Source: Lytechinus pictus (taxonomy: Eukaryota). Taken from it: 64,000 nt of DNA. The DNA lies in NCBI RefSeq assembly GCF_037042905.1, contig NC_087251.1, positions 4,218,001 to 4,282,000 on the forward strand. Reading direction: 5' to 3'. Position 1 is the stretch's first letter; each line of letters starts with the position of its first letter. Of this stretch, positions 1 through 14,568 are shown one piece after another. Below the pieces are notes generated by a model that had not been told where the DNA came from, ran no database searches, and saw only the letters and a list, made by a program, of their open reading frames with translations. A program made the position numbers and the translations under genes.

Positions 1-24
1 ATATTATGTAAAATTATGTCCTTA

Positions 25-256
25 CACTGCAAAAACTCCGGTGTTGATTTAACACCAGCCCGGAATCTATATCTGTCAACACCAGAGAAGTGTTAAACAA
101 CACCAGTTTGGTTTTGGTCTAACACCAGATACAACACCAATTAGTATTAAAACAGCATCGGTTTGATTCCAAACTGGTGTTATTTCAATACTTCTCTGGT
201 GTGGACAGATATAGATTCCGGGCTGGTGTTAAATCAACACCGGAGTTTTTGCAGTG
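25..256. mobile_element. Palindromic MITE with CACT...AGTG termini (EnSpm/CACTA-like, non-autonomous)
   Basis: CACTGCAAAAACTCCGGTGTTG start; its reverse complement at the end; long inverted arms; TA on both flanks (23-24, 257-258). Confidence 0.85.
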
Positions 257-2052
257 TAATGTATAAAACCAACGATTCGATATCCTTTATTCCTTTCCGT
301 CGCTCAACATAATATTCCGGTGAAGTTAACCATTTACTTATCCTTTAGAAAGTCTGTGAATCTGAAAAGAGGATTTTTTTTTTTATTAAGCCTTTTGTGA
401 GAGGAAGTCCTTCAAGTGCTTGTCAAAAAGTGGAGGTACCTTTGTTCACTGAGTGGAAGAATGATGTTTGCTCTGTTGGTATTCATCAACATTTCTCAGG
501 CATGTCTAAGAACAAGTTTGTACTTATATACAATACACGTGTATATCCAAATATCCAAGGATGTGCAATGATAAATGATGCTGACTCGTTCATTCGTTTG
601 ATATATGTGCATATACAATATCATTTCAACCTTGAATTTTTCTATATATTTTTCAATCTTCGTTCTGATTTTTTTCTAATCTCGCCACTGATAGGGCTTG
701 GTATAATGTTAGGCCTATTATGTAAATACTTAATCATAATCTTGCCTGTATAGATTTCATTCCGGCATGCAATGTGTGTAATCCTGTAATGAGATGTGTA
801 ACGGATTTTCTCAGACCTATCTCAATAACAATCCCATAGACGAACTGTGGAAAAAGAAACATCGGGTATATATCGGGCCTATAATGTAAGAGAAAGTAGG
901 CCTATATATTTCATTAACCAGAAACTGACCTATGTATGAAAAGAAAAGAATCAGGCACATTAGCATAGCGAAGAAATCCGTGGGTTTTGAAAATATGTCT
1001 GTGTGAATTTATGCCGGGAAATATTATCAAACTTTGAAAAAAAGTTAATGAGACTACATAGTCGGGGATGGGGTTGGGGGCTGGAAGAGATTTTATCTGT
1101 TATTGATATGACCGGTAATCTACTGAGCTGGGAAAGTTGTCAATTTTTGTTATAATCAACCGATTTTCTTAAGTTTCTTTTTATTTTCAACCTCACTTTC
1201 ATTCATCATTCAATTTGCTTTTTAGAATAGGGCCTATATACTTCGTTGATGAGGACCCGCTTGATGGACTTACTACATTGGCGGGACTTGAGGAAATAAA
1301 AGCTTATCAAAAATTCATGTCATGAATCTATGTTGATAGATGTCCTTATAGTGATGACTTTAATGACTCATTAATATGAGCTCGTGTTCAAACCTCTGGC
1401 TGTGATTATGTAATCGATTTCATTTAAAGGGAAATATTTGGGTATATTGTTTCGTCACTAGCGACTTCATACATAAAAAATAACGATCTAGGCTATAGCT
1501 ATTTTATGTAGACTAAAATATTGAATTTGATATTCGGATCCATGATTATAAACACGCCCAACCCTTGTTCTTAACTGAATTTACAATGGTCCAGCAAATA
1601 ATCAAGTCAAAGAAGACAAAAGGGACTGAATGTTTCATGAATAATGAATGGGAGAAATTTTGAAACAGCATAACACAAATTCACTCAAATGGTCTGCTAT
1701 ATGAATAATAAAATAATGATCGAGTATCTATTTCAATATCATACCTATTGATAAAATGCAAAGACAAAAATCTACTTATTACATCATTGTTTTCTACATG
1801 GAATATCAATCACATCGCCAATGTTCATGAAAGAAAACCGGAAAACAAATTAAAAAGCATAACTTCTGCCAATTTTGTTCCTGTTTTGATTTTCAAATTT
1901 CCAAGATATACGTGAAATGTGATTTTTTACATTTCCTCACTTTTCATTGACCTGTGTCATCCAACTTGAGGATAACAGAAACAATTGAAATAATATTTTG
2001 CCCATTTCATATTTCCACGAACTAAGTACGATTACAGGATGAATAGACGCTA

Positions 2053-2251
2053 CACTCTAAAAACACTGAGTAAAATTTTACCCACAATTAGGTAGAAAGG
2101 GAACATGCATGTTTGCTGCGTATTTTTTACCCCATATTGGGTTATTTCAACGCAACATTGCGTTAAATTGACACCATACTGGGTATCTTTTTACCAAACC
2201 AACATGCATGTTCCCATTTTACCCAATATTGGGTAAACCTTTTTTAGAGTG
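2053..2251. mobile_element. CACT-ended MITE
   Basis: CACTCTAAAAA...TTTTTAGAGTG; TA on both flanks; internal inverted arms (GGGAACATGCATGTT). Confidence 0.8.
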
Positions 2252-2911
2252 TACCATGTCTGAAAATATGACATTGAGAAGAGTGAGTCAAAATCAGAAC
2301 CATATACTTGGTATTATGCACCCAAATCACCTTGTTTTTAATTTGAGATAATTCATGTTCTTCAATTTTAAAGATGTACTTTACAAAGATTATGATAAAT
2401 ATTTTGATAAGAAGGCATATTATCCATTTATTGATTCCTTTTCATGTTCTTATATTTTAAATAATGCTACAAAAAGTACTAAGTTGATAATGTTGTTTTT
2501 CCAGAATTTTAAAGCACTGGCTAACTTCGCCATGCAGAGCACCATCATCGTCTGTAAGCCCCAAAGTGAATCTTCGTATCCGCGAGGTCTCTGAAAAGTT
2601 CATTTGGGTTCATATAGGTCGTTAGATATGAACGGAAGTCCGATTAATCAAGATAACATCCTTAGAATAATGAGCATGAAATCATATGTAGATCCATCCC
2701 TACACGATTCAGAAATAAGCTGGATTGCTGGTGTTGTGTATAATAGATTAACTCAACATACTTTGTGTTTATTTATGTCACCTGAATAGAATTTGAAATA
2801 CACTTTCTTTCCCTAAATTTTCGATTTACATATTTCAATGGATTAGCCGATAGACAGCCTATTGAACTTAAACTTTGGGTAAAATTAAAAAAGTAATTAA
2901 ACAAGAAACAA

Positions 2912-3081
2912 CACTGTAAAAAATAGAGTGCTAATTTAGCACTTACATGCAGTGCTTGCATAGTGACTGCACTACGAGTGCTGATTTTTTAGTTCAAATT
3001 TAAACTAGAAAATCAGCACTCGTAGTGCAGTCACTATACAAGCACTTTAAGTGCTAAATTAGCACTTCATTTTTCACAGTG
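2912..3081. mobile_element. CACT-ended MITE
   Basis: CACTGTAAAAAA...TTTTTCACAGTG; near-complete foldback; AA on both flanks (2-bp TSD). Confidence 0.8.
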
Positions 3082-6000
3082 AAATAATGTGGACACAAGT
3101 AGACGAAAGGAGATAACTAGTATTATTATCATCTTAATCAATTTACAGCATCATGTTCGACGAGCATAAATATTCGGTAGGTTGTTTACTAACGTTGTAT
3201 AAAACTCGATCTATTGGGCTATTTCTCCGTGTTAACGTTATGGTTCCATACGGTACCATATACGAAAGGTATGCATGCCATAATATGCCATTCCTGAATC
3301 CTGACATTGCTGAATATTTAGAGTTTTGTAAATCTATTTCAAATTTCCTGAGGCAAAGTCAAAAAGTAAATACTTCAAAGTTCAAACTAAACCTTAGGCT
3401 ATGTCAACTGATCACCTTCCGTGCACTCAGCGTGAAGTGGCGGCTCATTATATGGTTTAAACCGGTGACCATTTGATCAAATCCTCATGTATACATCATT
3501 GTATATCTTAGCTGGAAGAAAGAAAAGGACTTTATTTCTCCCATGTTGATGTTGAAGATTAATACATACTTTACAAACATCTGTAAGCCATATTTACAAC
3601 TTATGAAAACCGGCGCAGGCTGACCAAGAGAAAAGTTTTTGATACCGTGTAGAACTCGATCAGCCTAGTACACTGTCATAAGATATATACGTGCCTAGTC
3701 TACTGATTTTGAATCTGATTGGTCTAGAGCATCGTTATATTTCTAATATTTCTAGCATTTTGTTATCGACTAGGTAGAATCCTCTCCCATCGTCAAACCA
3801 TTTGTGATTAAAAAGACGTTCACCATTTGTATTTTCATTTCTAAACTTTTGGAGATAAGAAGCATGCAAGTTTTAAAATATTTAATCATTAAAATCAAAT
3901 AACGGAAAAAAAACGTACTGAAGTAAAGGGGCATAAATGAAACCTTAGGTGTGAAGTCTGATGATTGAAAATGACAACAGAAATATCGTTTTAAAATATA
4001 GTTGTTTTATTCGATCCCGGTATTCGAAGTGACCTATATGAGAATTCTGCTGATCATAATTACGGACTTGACCAGTCGGTGTTTATAGGACAAGGCCTGT
4101 GTATCCTCAGTGACTGACTTTATTTCTAAAAAATCCTTTGGAAAGAAAAAAAAATTATATGCATGTGCAAAGGTCGAGCGTATTTTCATTTTTATTTCAT
4201 GACAATGTGAGAAATCGTTGATATTTTAATTTCGACATAGATTTGTCTCCGAAGTAAAAAGACGTGTGTGTATGTGCACACAATTAAAAGTGACTAAAAT
4301 GACGGGTCAAATTGTTTTCTTTGTCACAATTTTGATAGATGTGAAGGGGGGGGGGAGAAGCCTATATAGAAAGAGATTGAGGGACAGATGTTTGAGAGGC
4401 GTCTATCATTTTTATAAAGATGTTTACGCCAGTTCACTTATTGTATAATCTTTGGAAATTCTCTTCTGCCTTCTTAACTTCTGAGAAAGACAGGATTTAG
4501 ATTTAAAATTTAAGTTGTTATTTCCTTTCTTTCTCACAGTGAAGTATAATGCCGAATCTGCTTCTGCTATACTCTCTTTTTGACTATTTAGTTGCCCTCT
4601 CTTAATTCCATTCGCCGACAACAATATACGGTACACCCCCACACACACGCACACATACACCGCCCCTTCCCCCCCCCCTCTCCACTCGCATCTCCTCCTC
4701 CATTTCTTCATCCTTTCACTTCAACACTCTCTTTCTGTAAACTTTACACGACCTAAATGTTCATATTGCATTTTTGTCATTGTAAATACTGCCAAGTTCC
4801 AAGGTAAAACAAGTTTATGATATCGTTATTATGGCGAACTATGTTTCAAAAGCATTCAGGTTTCCCGGCAAGCTTCCGGAAGCATTTCAAGAAAAATAGA
4901 ATACATCTGTTTCATGGTCTGATATGAGGTCATGACCTATATGAAAAATGATTTCCCCTTGGTTTTATTAACTTCGTCCTCATTCAATGTCACCTGAATT
5001 CTCTTTCCCCGCTGTTCCTTTGTTGACTTTTCATTATATCCTTTTGAATTTTGGGGACGATTTATTGCGACCTCTGGTCCTCCATACAATAATCACAATG
5101 GTAAAAAATATAAAGTGGGTGGGACTATTATAAATATAATAATAACTGACCACAGCACGTGGCCTAGCCTTACCTTTTCAAGAAAACATTCGCCTTTCTG
5201 CAAATGTGTTGAAATCAAATACGATTTTGTGACTAAATCGTGATTTGTGGTTTAATGGTTCTCTGCATCTTTTGAATAGACAATAAACTCCACGCAAATT
5301 AATCATGATGGATCCGGATAATGATGCCATATAAACAATATTTTGCAATATGGTATGGAAGATTTGCATAAAATAACAAGCAACGCAACAAAATTTCTTT
5401 ACAATCTGTATTGTGAAATTATTGTGATTTCACGATTATCACTGCTGTGAGAAGATATTATATGGGTCATAAACGAAGGGCTATTATCTTTCCAACCAAT
5501 TCACTTAGGCCCATTAATTTCATATAATATACAAAGCAGTCATATACAATGAAATATTGCTGGGGAATAACATTCCAATGGCTTGAAATACAGCGATTCC
5601 CCTTGACAAAACATTAAATATAGAGATTCAAGACATGAGAATGACAATCAAATCTATACAATAATATGTCAATTCTTCGAAGAATAACATGGAATGCAAT
5701 GTTCAGTAACGGAAATAGGTCCTATAACTCTGTATAAATTTCTGTTTATGTCGTTTAATTTTTTTTAAAGAAATATTATTTTGGGGAAAACAAATCAGCA
5801 TTCCTTTTTAACTAAAGTCTCAGAAGAGCTATGCGGGCATCCCCCCACACACATACATTATTGATTTGCTGATCAATAGTTATATCGAATTATTGCAGCT
5901 CATAACGACAATGTCATCCTTTGTGCAAATAATTTAGGATACACTCTGATACAGTCTGTATACTGTGTATCTTACAGTGTGACAAAAAGTGTCAAAATTG

Positions 6001-9000
6001 TTTATCAAAATAGGATATTTTTTTTTTCCATTTCCCTAAAGCCATAAAGTTGACTGTTCCAAAATCAAATAGGGGATGGGGGGGGGGGGGGCTCGATTGC
6101 ATGATTATCATATATCATCAAGGGACATCATTTTTCACTGAGCCAGTGCAAACCAAAATCAATGTGGTTGTTGAGGTTTTAGGAATGGGGGTTTACCCAT
6201 TTATAGATTTGACAAGCAGTTGTGGCGGATTTCACAATATTTCTGCACGTTTGAAACCCTGTAAAGGATTAATCTTGATGGTGTTCAGCTTGTGGTGATG
6301 GAGGAGACGGGTAGAGGGACATTAAAGGGTGGTAAAGAGGGGAACACTTCGAAAAGGGAAAAAGAAATGTTGAGCAAGTTTTCAACTTTCTTTTCACAGC
6401 AAGTATAGCATTGCCTAAAGTTTCATATTTGTTGGTTGTCGTGTGTCGGTACTAATTTAAATGACCTGGCCAGATGTATGTAGGTGTGTGTGTATGTTTT
6501 TTTTTTTTTTTTTTTTTGGGGGGGGGTTATGTATATATGAAGACCCGTCTTCAATGCTTTACTCATGAGAACATCTTAAAATGAAAACAAATATATCTAA
6601 ACTATTTGTATGTAAAAAGTAAAAGAATATAGGCCCTATCTATTTTAATTGAAGTTTTATGATCAACGGTCAAGGATTTTTTTTTCTTCAGACTTAACTT
6701 AGTATTACAAATCGCAAATTACTTGAATGTAGGGGGATTTGAAATTGATGATGTTTAGACGTACATGGGGCCTTGGCGCTACTAGAAAACAGATGTTTTA
6801 CATGAACCTTCACAAAGTACATCATAAAACATAACTATTTTTTATATTCTTAGACTTAGCTGACATTCATCTCACACAACGTTTGTGACACAACGTTCAC
6901 ACAAAGCATGTCATTACAAATTAATGAAACTCTTTTTGGACATTTTATTTTATTGTAATCTCTATAGAGCATAGGAAAAAAATATACAAGCGCAAAGTGC
7001 ATGTTGTCAATATATGAACTGACTTTTTAATTCTTGATTCTTGAACACTTCTCGAATCACCCTTTACTGTTTTGTAGAAAATTCATGAAACTCATGTCAG
7101 CTTCTGAGAGCTTAATTCTTCTCTTTCCACTATCGGTGTATGGGACTTTTTCATATTTTATATTTTTATCCGTTTGATTACGATAACAGTTACAGTAGTC
7201 ACTATGCTCATAACCTGTTGATATAATTTCAATTTGTAAAACAAGGAAATCGGAAATCCGTAACTTTCATGCAATAAATTAAACAAAAAATCGTCAGACA
7301 TTTTTTTTGCACTGTTGTTCCTTTGATGACTTATTAATATATTCTTTCAATTTTGGGACGATTTTATTGCAACCTTAAATTGACCTTCTTACAAAGATAC
7401 AACAAAAAAAATGTGCAAGAAAATGAAGGGGGACTATTTTATTGATATAAAAACAGCTGAACATAGCCCATCTATCCCTAACTGCATTCTTCTTTCTGCA
7501 AAATGTTGAACTCAACTCTGATCGATGATCATAATTTGACTCAATGATCACATTGAGCTTTGACATTTCGAATAGCTTCAACTCATGTTTTAAATCGGTT
7601 GGAGTATTTTGAAAAAAGAATTGAGGTAACTAGTGTTATAATATTTGGCTCTATTTTTTCTTGAAAACTTAGGCTCTTTTTCCATGTTCTGGTTTCTACT
7701 TCTTAAAAAACATATCTTGTATACGATTCCATTGATGTATAGCAACTGGTAACATGGAATATAATTATTAAGGAGGTATAGGGTTGTTTCAAATATCTTG
7801 AAAACAAACCTCATCACATTTGCCAATGCTCAGTGCATATTACTAAACATTGACTTGACATTGGATTGACGTAACTAGATCCGTGGTAGACGAGCAATAC
7901 TAATTTACTTCCGGAGTGAATCATATATGACAGGTCAACCCTTGGATGTTGCATATTATCGAGTCTTATATTATTGTCCCTGTAGCCGATCACAACTCTA
8001 TAAATATAAATCTCGTCTGAATATTTCCCTTTTTTGCCATGGAAACATTATCTAGTATCCTTTTTAAGGCTGACTCCATCCCCATGCACATAATGCTCAA
8101 CATTTCTCGCAATATCAGAGGTAAATAAACATGTATCCAGAAAACATTTATCAGATCTGCATGACATGGTTGGTATGCAAATGAGAGACTTGATGACGTC
8201 ACACACTCACTCCGCCTCTTTACTGTTGACAAGAAATTTGAAATCCTCATTTTCGTTTGACTCCTCATTAATCGAAGTAATATATTTGTAGTCTATATCA
8301 CCGTTTTGTGAAAGCAAAAGACTTTATGCATGATTATTGGCATAACTAAAATGGTCATTAATTTCTTTTTGTACCAATATTTTGGTAATTTTTTTACTAT
8401 TTAGGGATCGACATAAATTAATATTAACAAAAAAGCACGTAAAAAACTTTAACAACCTGTATAAATTTCATACATTCAGGTCTCTAATAAATGAACTGAT
8501 CGGAGTTGAACATTGCCGTTTAGATTTTTTGTTCTCAAAAGAATACCTGATGAGTTCATAACTAGGCTATCCTGACCAATTGAATCACTTTTCATCACCT
8601 ATATGTTTATGCACTGAGTTTGTAGGTTATTAATTAATATATAATCATTCGATTTAAAGTGAAACGAGTAAGTATTAATCAATTTCTAAATACTTCCACT
8701 TACAGTCTATCTGACAAGTTCTATCAAGTACTATATCAGTTTAAAAAAGGTTGATTATAACCAGAACTTCAACTTCATTAATGAATTAATCTTAAGATTC
8801 TAAAATAAGTTTTAAAAGTAATTTTCACTTTCTCATATCTATTTGAATTACTTATCATAGAAGCACGTCTTTGACTGCAGTCTAAATTAATTGAATTCCG
8901 CAAAGAATAAAAATAAACTGTGGTGTATTTTCTTATTCGTAAATTCTATTACCCTATAGGATTTTAATTTGATACGGAGTTTATTCATGTGAACATCAAC

Positions 9001-9639
9001 CCAATAACATCGTCCGAATGTTTCAAACAGACACTTAACATAAAGTGGTACATCTTTCATTACAATTAAGTTTAAATGAAAGGAAAATCCGTCATGGCTC
9101 TGTGTATTTCTTTAATTGGGCACTATTGTATTCCCTAGTGATATGATTTTTTTATAATGTGCAAATCAACCTTATATCCGCATGCTCATATCATTATAGC
9201 ATCTGTATCATGTATATAGGCCTGTATTTCTTTATAAGCAAGATCACTGATCACAAGCAAATTGCCAATTTCAGCCGTTGGTAACCAATAACTAGGACCT
9301 CATCTGTTTTGATTCGGATAAATATCACAGAACTCGTGATATCATCACACCGCTCCTGTCGCACATCACCTCGGACTGCAATATCACCACCATTTTAGTT
9401 TCCAATGAAAATTGCCTGTAAGCCCGATGGATTACAGGCACAATATTGCTTTTCTATTTTTCACCCCTTTTCACCTCAGTTCCTTCTATATTCTACTCTC
9501 GACGGTTATTCTTCTTCAAATTCATCCTCTTCAGACAGACCGCAATCAACTAGCTGAGTATAGTTACGCGCAAAGTAATAATGAGTGTTTCTGTTTTAAT
9601 GTTGGTTTATCATGTCAATAGTCACATGAATAGTCACCA

Positions 9640-9871
9640 TGTTTTCATTCAGCAAGAAATTTACCCACATTGTGCTGCACTCAACCCAGGTGAGGTGAAT
9701 GGGTAGGCCTACCCGGAAGGAAGAAATTCCTCGAGCGCCCGATCAAGGTAGCCGTGCCAAAGCCGGGGTAATAATAATATAATCATGTTAAGCAGGGCCC
9801 GCTGGGAAAACAGTTTTCAGAACTGAAGTGGCTACCGTGGGTAAAATATGACGTTATTATTATTATTATCA
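9640..9871 (+). mobile_element. 5'-truncated SINE body and tail
   Basis: CACATTGTGCTGCACTCAACCCAGGTGAG...GAATGGGTA core shared with the tRNA-headed copy at 41429; ends in (TTA)n. Confidence 0.6.
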
Positions 9872-11774
9872 TTAAGAAAAGACTTGATAAAATCATAATT
9901 TGGAAGGACAATTTTCATGGTAATTTCCCTTGAAACCCCAATAAATATAATGTGAAATTTTGACATTCACTTGCATATACATAATTGTGTTTAAATCTAT
10001 TCAATATATATGACAAACCTTGAGAATAGAACTGAATAGTTAGCTCCTGAGCCGATACACAAGCATGACAAAAGGTAATAAATATAGGGGATAACAAGTT
10101 ATCTCCATAAGCATATAAGCAATAATCGTAGGATGAACCACTACAGACTCACTAATGAATGATGTGTTCTGTCGGCAAGCTCCCCCCTCCCTCGTAACTG
10201 TTCATGTACACGATATGCACTGTATTTTATTGGACCGGGGGGGGGGGGGTACACCAGTGAGAACTTAATTTAGACCAATCTGAATTTCAGGACATAATGA
10301 AAAAAAATTATTTGAACCGTCCTCATTTGCCATATTACACTAAAAATTAATAAATATGTTGTCATTATGAAAATAGACCAGAAAACTTATCCAAAAAACC
10401 ATAAAAACCTAATTCAAAACCACTTCCCAGTTTTCACTCAGCCAACTTGCAACATAATATATGCCAATATCTCGTGTTAGTGTAATAGATTAAAAAGGGC
10501 TATATCCTATTATCGATTACTGAAAGACTGAGCTTAATCTGATCTTGTCGAGTGAAACGTAATTAGTGACGTCCGGATATTGATATGAAATATTTTTGAG
10601 CGAGGTAACGGATAACTCAATGTCATTATTACATACATTCAGGTTCATTTTCCTCTTTAACAATGATATCATGCATTCCATAAACCCACGCTTATGACAT
10701 TGTGTAAAACAAACACTGTCTCGTTGGAGCTTCTCTTTTTTTGGAAGTGTAGGAGGTATATTTTTTAAGTGTAAACAGAAAAGTGAGATAGTGACAAAGT
10801 CGGAGTCATACAGTCCATTTTGATCATGTGTATACGCGCTATTAGGCAATTTCCACACTAATTAACTTCAGCTTATTGAATAGATAAACGCACAAAATTT
10901 CAAAGAAATTACTAAATATTTGTATGTCTAAATTTGTAAAGAAATATTGACACAGAGTCGAATTTTAATTTTTTTTAATTTTTTTTTTAATAGAAAACTG
11001 CACCTTATAATCGATACACAAGTTTACAGACAGCATTCGTATTATGAGGATTTTATTTACGACAAGGAATCAGTTTTCATATCAAAGTATTCCCTTTGAT
11101 ATTACCATTCATTATTTTCATAATATTCATCATTATTTCCTAAGATAATTGAGCACAGCCATTCTTTTGAATTAAGTGTCCTTGTAGACAGTAAAAAATA
11201 TTATGTTTTTCGTAAAAAAATAAAAATAGAACGCAAAAAAAGAATCACAAAGTAAATATGGGTTCGTTTGAATCTAACTGCACTCAAATGACGAAGCTAT
11301 TTTTTTGTAGCTCACCGTTTTGGGCGGGGGATCTCATTTTAAAGTATACGCGTGGCGGAATTCCGGTAAAATTAACAAGAAGGTCGCGGGACTGTTTTTC
11401 ACCCTTTCCCCACAAAATAAGTTAGATGATGAGATCTAGGGTAGCCTATAGTATAATTTATTTTCAAGAAATATTGAACTAGCAGTTAAAGGTCAAGTTT
11501 GACTGAAGTTAGGTTTCGTAATAATATATGCTCACGCGTTCAGGCTTATAATCTTATATATATGATCATTCAATCAAGTTTTCTTTCGCAAACAAAATAT
11601 GACCAGGGAGATTCTACAATGACCATGATTTACGCAGTATGAAAATTCAGGTTTATAATACCTATTTTGCCTTTTGAATTGGAATTTATTTGTTTCGTTC
11701 ATTTCTTTACACATTTCAATATACAAATACATATGATAAACAAAAAGCAACAAAATAATGCAAATTTTGAGTCA

Positions 11775-13146
11775 CTTAGTGAGCGCGGGAAGCGCGCTCA
11801 GTTGCCATGCAGGTATACTGACCTAATAGAGACATTTTAAGGACAGTGCCATTAAACGGATGTGTATCTCACTGATCAAATAATGCTAGCGCGAGCTGAA
11901 AATTGTTGATATTCAGAGCAAAAAAGAGACATTGTAATCAAATTTTTCGCTAAACAATGCGAGCGCGAAGCGCGAGCTGAAATTTTTGTATATATATTGA
12001 CCCCAAACGGAGATTTTAAGGACTATATTTTAGAAATTCATTAAGAGTATACATAATCTCACCATAGTTATCTCGTGCGAGTGCCAAGCGCTTGCTGATT
12101 TTGTTAGAATTACATCTATATACATGAAGCACTTGTAGTCATTGTAATCATGATTAACATGCGCATCTCACTAATCAAATATTGCGAGCGCAAAGCGCGA
12201 GCTGAAAATTTAGGAAAATCAGACCTGAAGAGGGGCATTTTTAGGCTTGTTTGTAGGAATTCACGAAGACCATACGTATTTCACTGACCAAATGATGCGA
12301 GCGTGAAGCGCGAGCTGCAATTTTTGTATATAATTGACCTCAAACAAATATATTGTAAAGACTATTTTTAAGGAATCCATTAAGAGTATATACATAATCT
12401 CACCATAGTTATCTCGTGCGAGTGCCAAGCGCTTGCTGATTTTGTTAGAATTACATCTATATACATGAAGCACTTGTAGTCATTGTTATCATGATTATGC
12501 TACGCATCTCACTTATCAAATATTGTGAGCGTGAAGTGCGAACTGAAAATTTAGGAAATTCAGATCTGAAGAGGGGCATTCTAAGGCTTGTTTGTAGGAA
12601 TTCACTAAGAACATATGTATTTCACTAACCAAATGATGCGAGCGCAAAGCGCGAGCTGAAAATTTTTGATATTCAGATTAGAAAAAGGGACATTTTAAGG
12701 ACTGATTTTTGGAATTCATGAAGAGCAGACATATCTCATCAATCCAATAAGGCGAACGTAAGCACGGACAGGAATTGTTTTATTATTAAGACCTTAAAAT
12801 GAGGCAATCTTAAGTAGTCATGAAAAACAAGCATATGTCACTACATAAAACAATAATAACTCGAAGTGCGAGGAAATATGTTTGGTGTATATTGACTTGA
12901 AAACGGGAGGTTTTAGTACAACAGGATTATATTTAATCAGACAATGCGAGTATTATATTTCATAAAGTTATGAAAAAAAAAGTTTCTTATGTAATATAAT
13001 ATAACATTATAATGAACAATAATTTCTTTTTTCCCCACTACGTTTCTCTTCCTTTCTCCCTCTTTTTCTCCTTTTCCCCGTTTTTTTTTTTGGAGGGGGG
13101 GAGGGCACGTGCCCCCCATGCCCCCCCCCCCGTAGTTACGCCACTG
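11775..13146 (-). repeat. Interspersed element with GCGAGCGCGAAGCGCGAGCTG motifs and an internal ~340-bp tandem duplication
   Basis: Block at ~12020-12300 recurs at ~12360-12660; terminus reads CAGTGGCGTAACTACGGGGGG on the minus strand. Confidence 0.7.
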
Positions 13147-13384
13147 GTTTCATTAAGTTCATACGTTGTTGAAATGATATTAACCGACATCATCGAACAT
13201 GATCAACGAAACAAGGAGATTTCGGAGCGAATGACTGTGTAATGGCCTTTACATGATATAAACCAAGGTTAAGACATGGTCTATTACTTCCTTTCCAATA
13301 TCATTATGTTTGTTGACACAGATATGTAACACATGGAAACACCATTCATCCATCTATCCTGTATCTCTCCACAAGTTCTGTCTG

Positions 13385-13639
13385 CACTGTAAAAAATATT
13401 GGGTAAAATTTTAACCAGCACGAGGGTAATTATGTGTCCAGCCAATTTGAGGGGGGGGCAGTATTTTACCCAATGCGGGAAGCATAATTGCCCAGTAAGG
13501 TTAAAAAATAAGCAACAATTACTTAAGGATGGATAAAATTTTCATCACACTGGATAAATAAAAATGTCCCAAAGTAATGCCCAATGTTGGTTGGACACTT
13601 TACCCTCATAGAGCATTTTTATCCAATATTTTTAGAGTG
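13385..13639. mobile_element. CACT-ended MITE, same family as 19139-19385
   Basis: CACTGTAAAAAA...TTTTTAGAGTG; aligns end to end with the reverse complement of 19139-19385. Confidence 0.85.
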
Positions 13640-13801
13640 CTTTATTATATGTTAATTTATCCATCTTGTTGCCCGTTATATCCCTTCCCCTTTTCACTAC
13701 TACTTGTATTATATACAGTAACCGAAATTTGAATTTAGTCGATGATTTTAGAAATTATGGGGAATGAGGTTTTGAAAAGTATGTTCGAATTTGTTCATTA
13801 A

Positions 13802-14568
13802 AGGACAAGGTTGATTTGACTTAAAAGAGGAAAAAATTCAACAAGCATAACACTGAAAATTTCATCAAAATCGGGTGTGAAATTTGAAGATTAAGACATG
13901 TTTAAGTGCATTATATTAAAATCCTGGGCCCCGTCTTACAAAAAGTTACGATCGATCCGATCAAAGCCAGCGATTAACATCTAAACTGCATGTTTGTTCA
14001 AAATGTTTTCTAGATACATTCATTGTTTTTTCTTGAAAATTCACTGTGCTTCTTTATGTTTACAAAGGACATTTTGCAGAATATCTGTAGTAATGATTAT
14101 GAAATTGATGGATTTCCATATAGCTGAAGTTGATCGGATCAATCGACAATCGGAACTCAGTTTGTAAGACGCGGGCCTGGTCGGTATGTAAATGAGGGGA
14201 CAGATGACGTTACAAATCGCTATGTCTTTTGTATTTTTTTCTATGAAATGTGAAATATTCTATTTTTCTCCTCATTGTCAAGTTGGTCCTTATCGTAAAA
14301 TCTGTAAAAATGGAAATATCGTGAAATCGAATATTGAAATATTCAAACAGTAAAGAAAAAACTAAATAAATAGAGTGTGAGGGACATAATCTACTCTCTC
14401 ATTTGCATGTCACTGAGTTGTGCATTAAAACTGTTTTTGAAAATATGCAAAACTTAAAAATGTGATTACTTTTTTAATTTGTATTCGATTTTGATGAAAT
14501 TTTCAACGTTATGCTTATTTGATTTTTCTCTATTCAAATCAAACATTTTCTGGGGGTGGACTTGACTT
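13802..14568. mobile_element. TTAA-flanked Kolobok-like non-autonomous element carrying a nested MITE
   Basis: TTAA|AGGACAAG...CTTGACTT|TTAA; subterminal inverted arms; related decayed copy at 45983-46312. Confidence 0.7.
13927..14176. mobile_element. Harbinger-like MITE nested in the 13802-14568 element
   Basis: GGCCCCGTCTTACAAA...TTTGTAAGACGCGGGC; CTG on both flanks. Confidence 0.65.

Noticed and set aside
11311..11365. AG...GT-bounded segment ending ...AWRNSG as a candidate ARL exon 1
   Set aside because: The phase fits, but it lacks the first P-loop glycine (GLDxxG) and a start codon
11775..12760. Recurring GCGAGCGCGAAGCGCGAGCTG palindromes resembling a CRISPR or REP array
   Set aside because: Spacing is irregular, the spacers are duplicated blocks rather than unique sequences, there are no cas genes, and the context is eukaryotic
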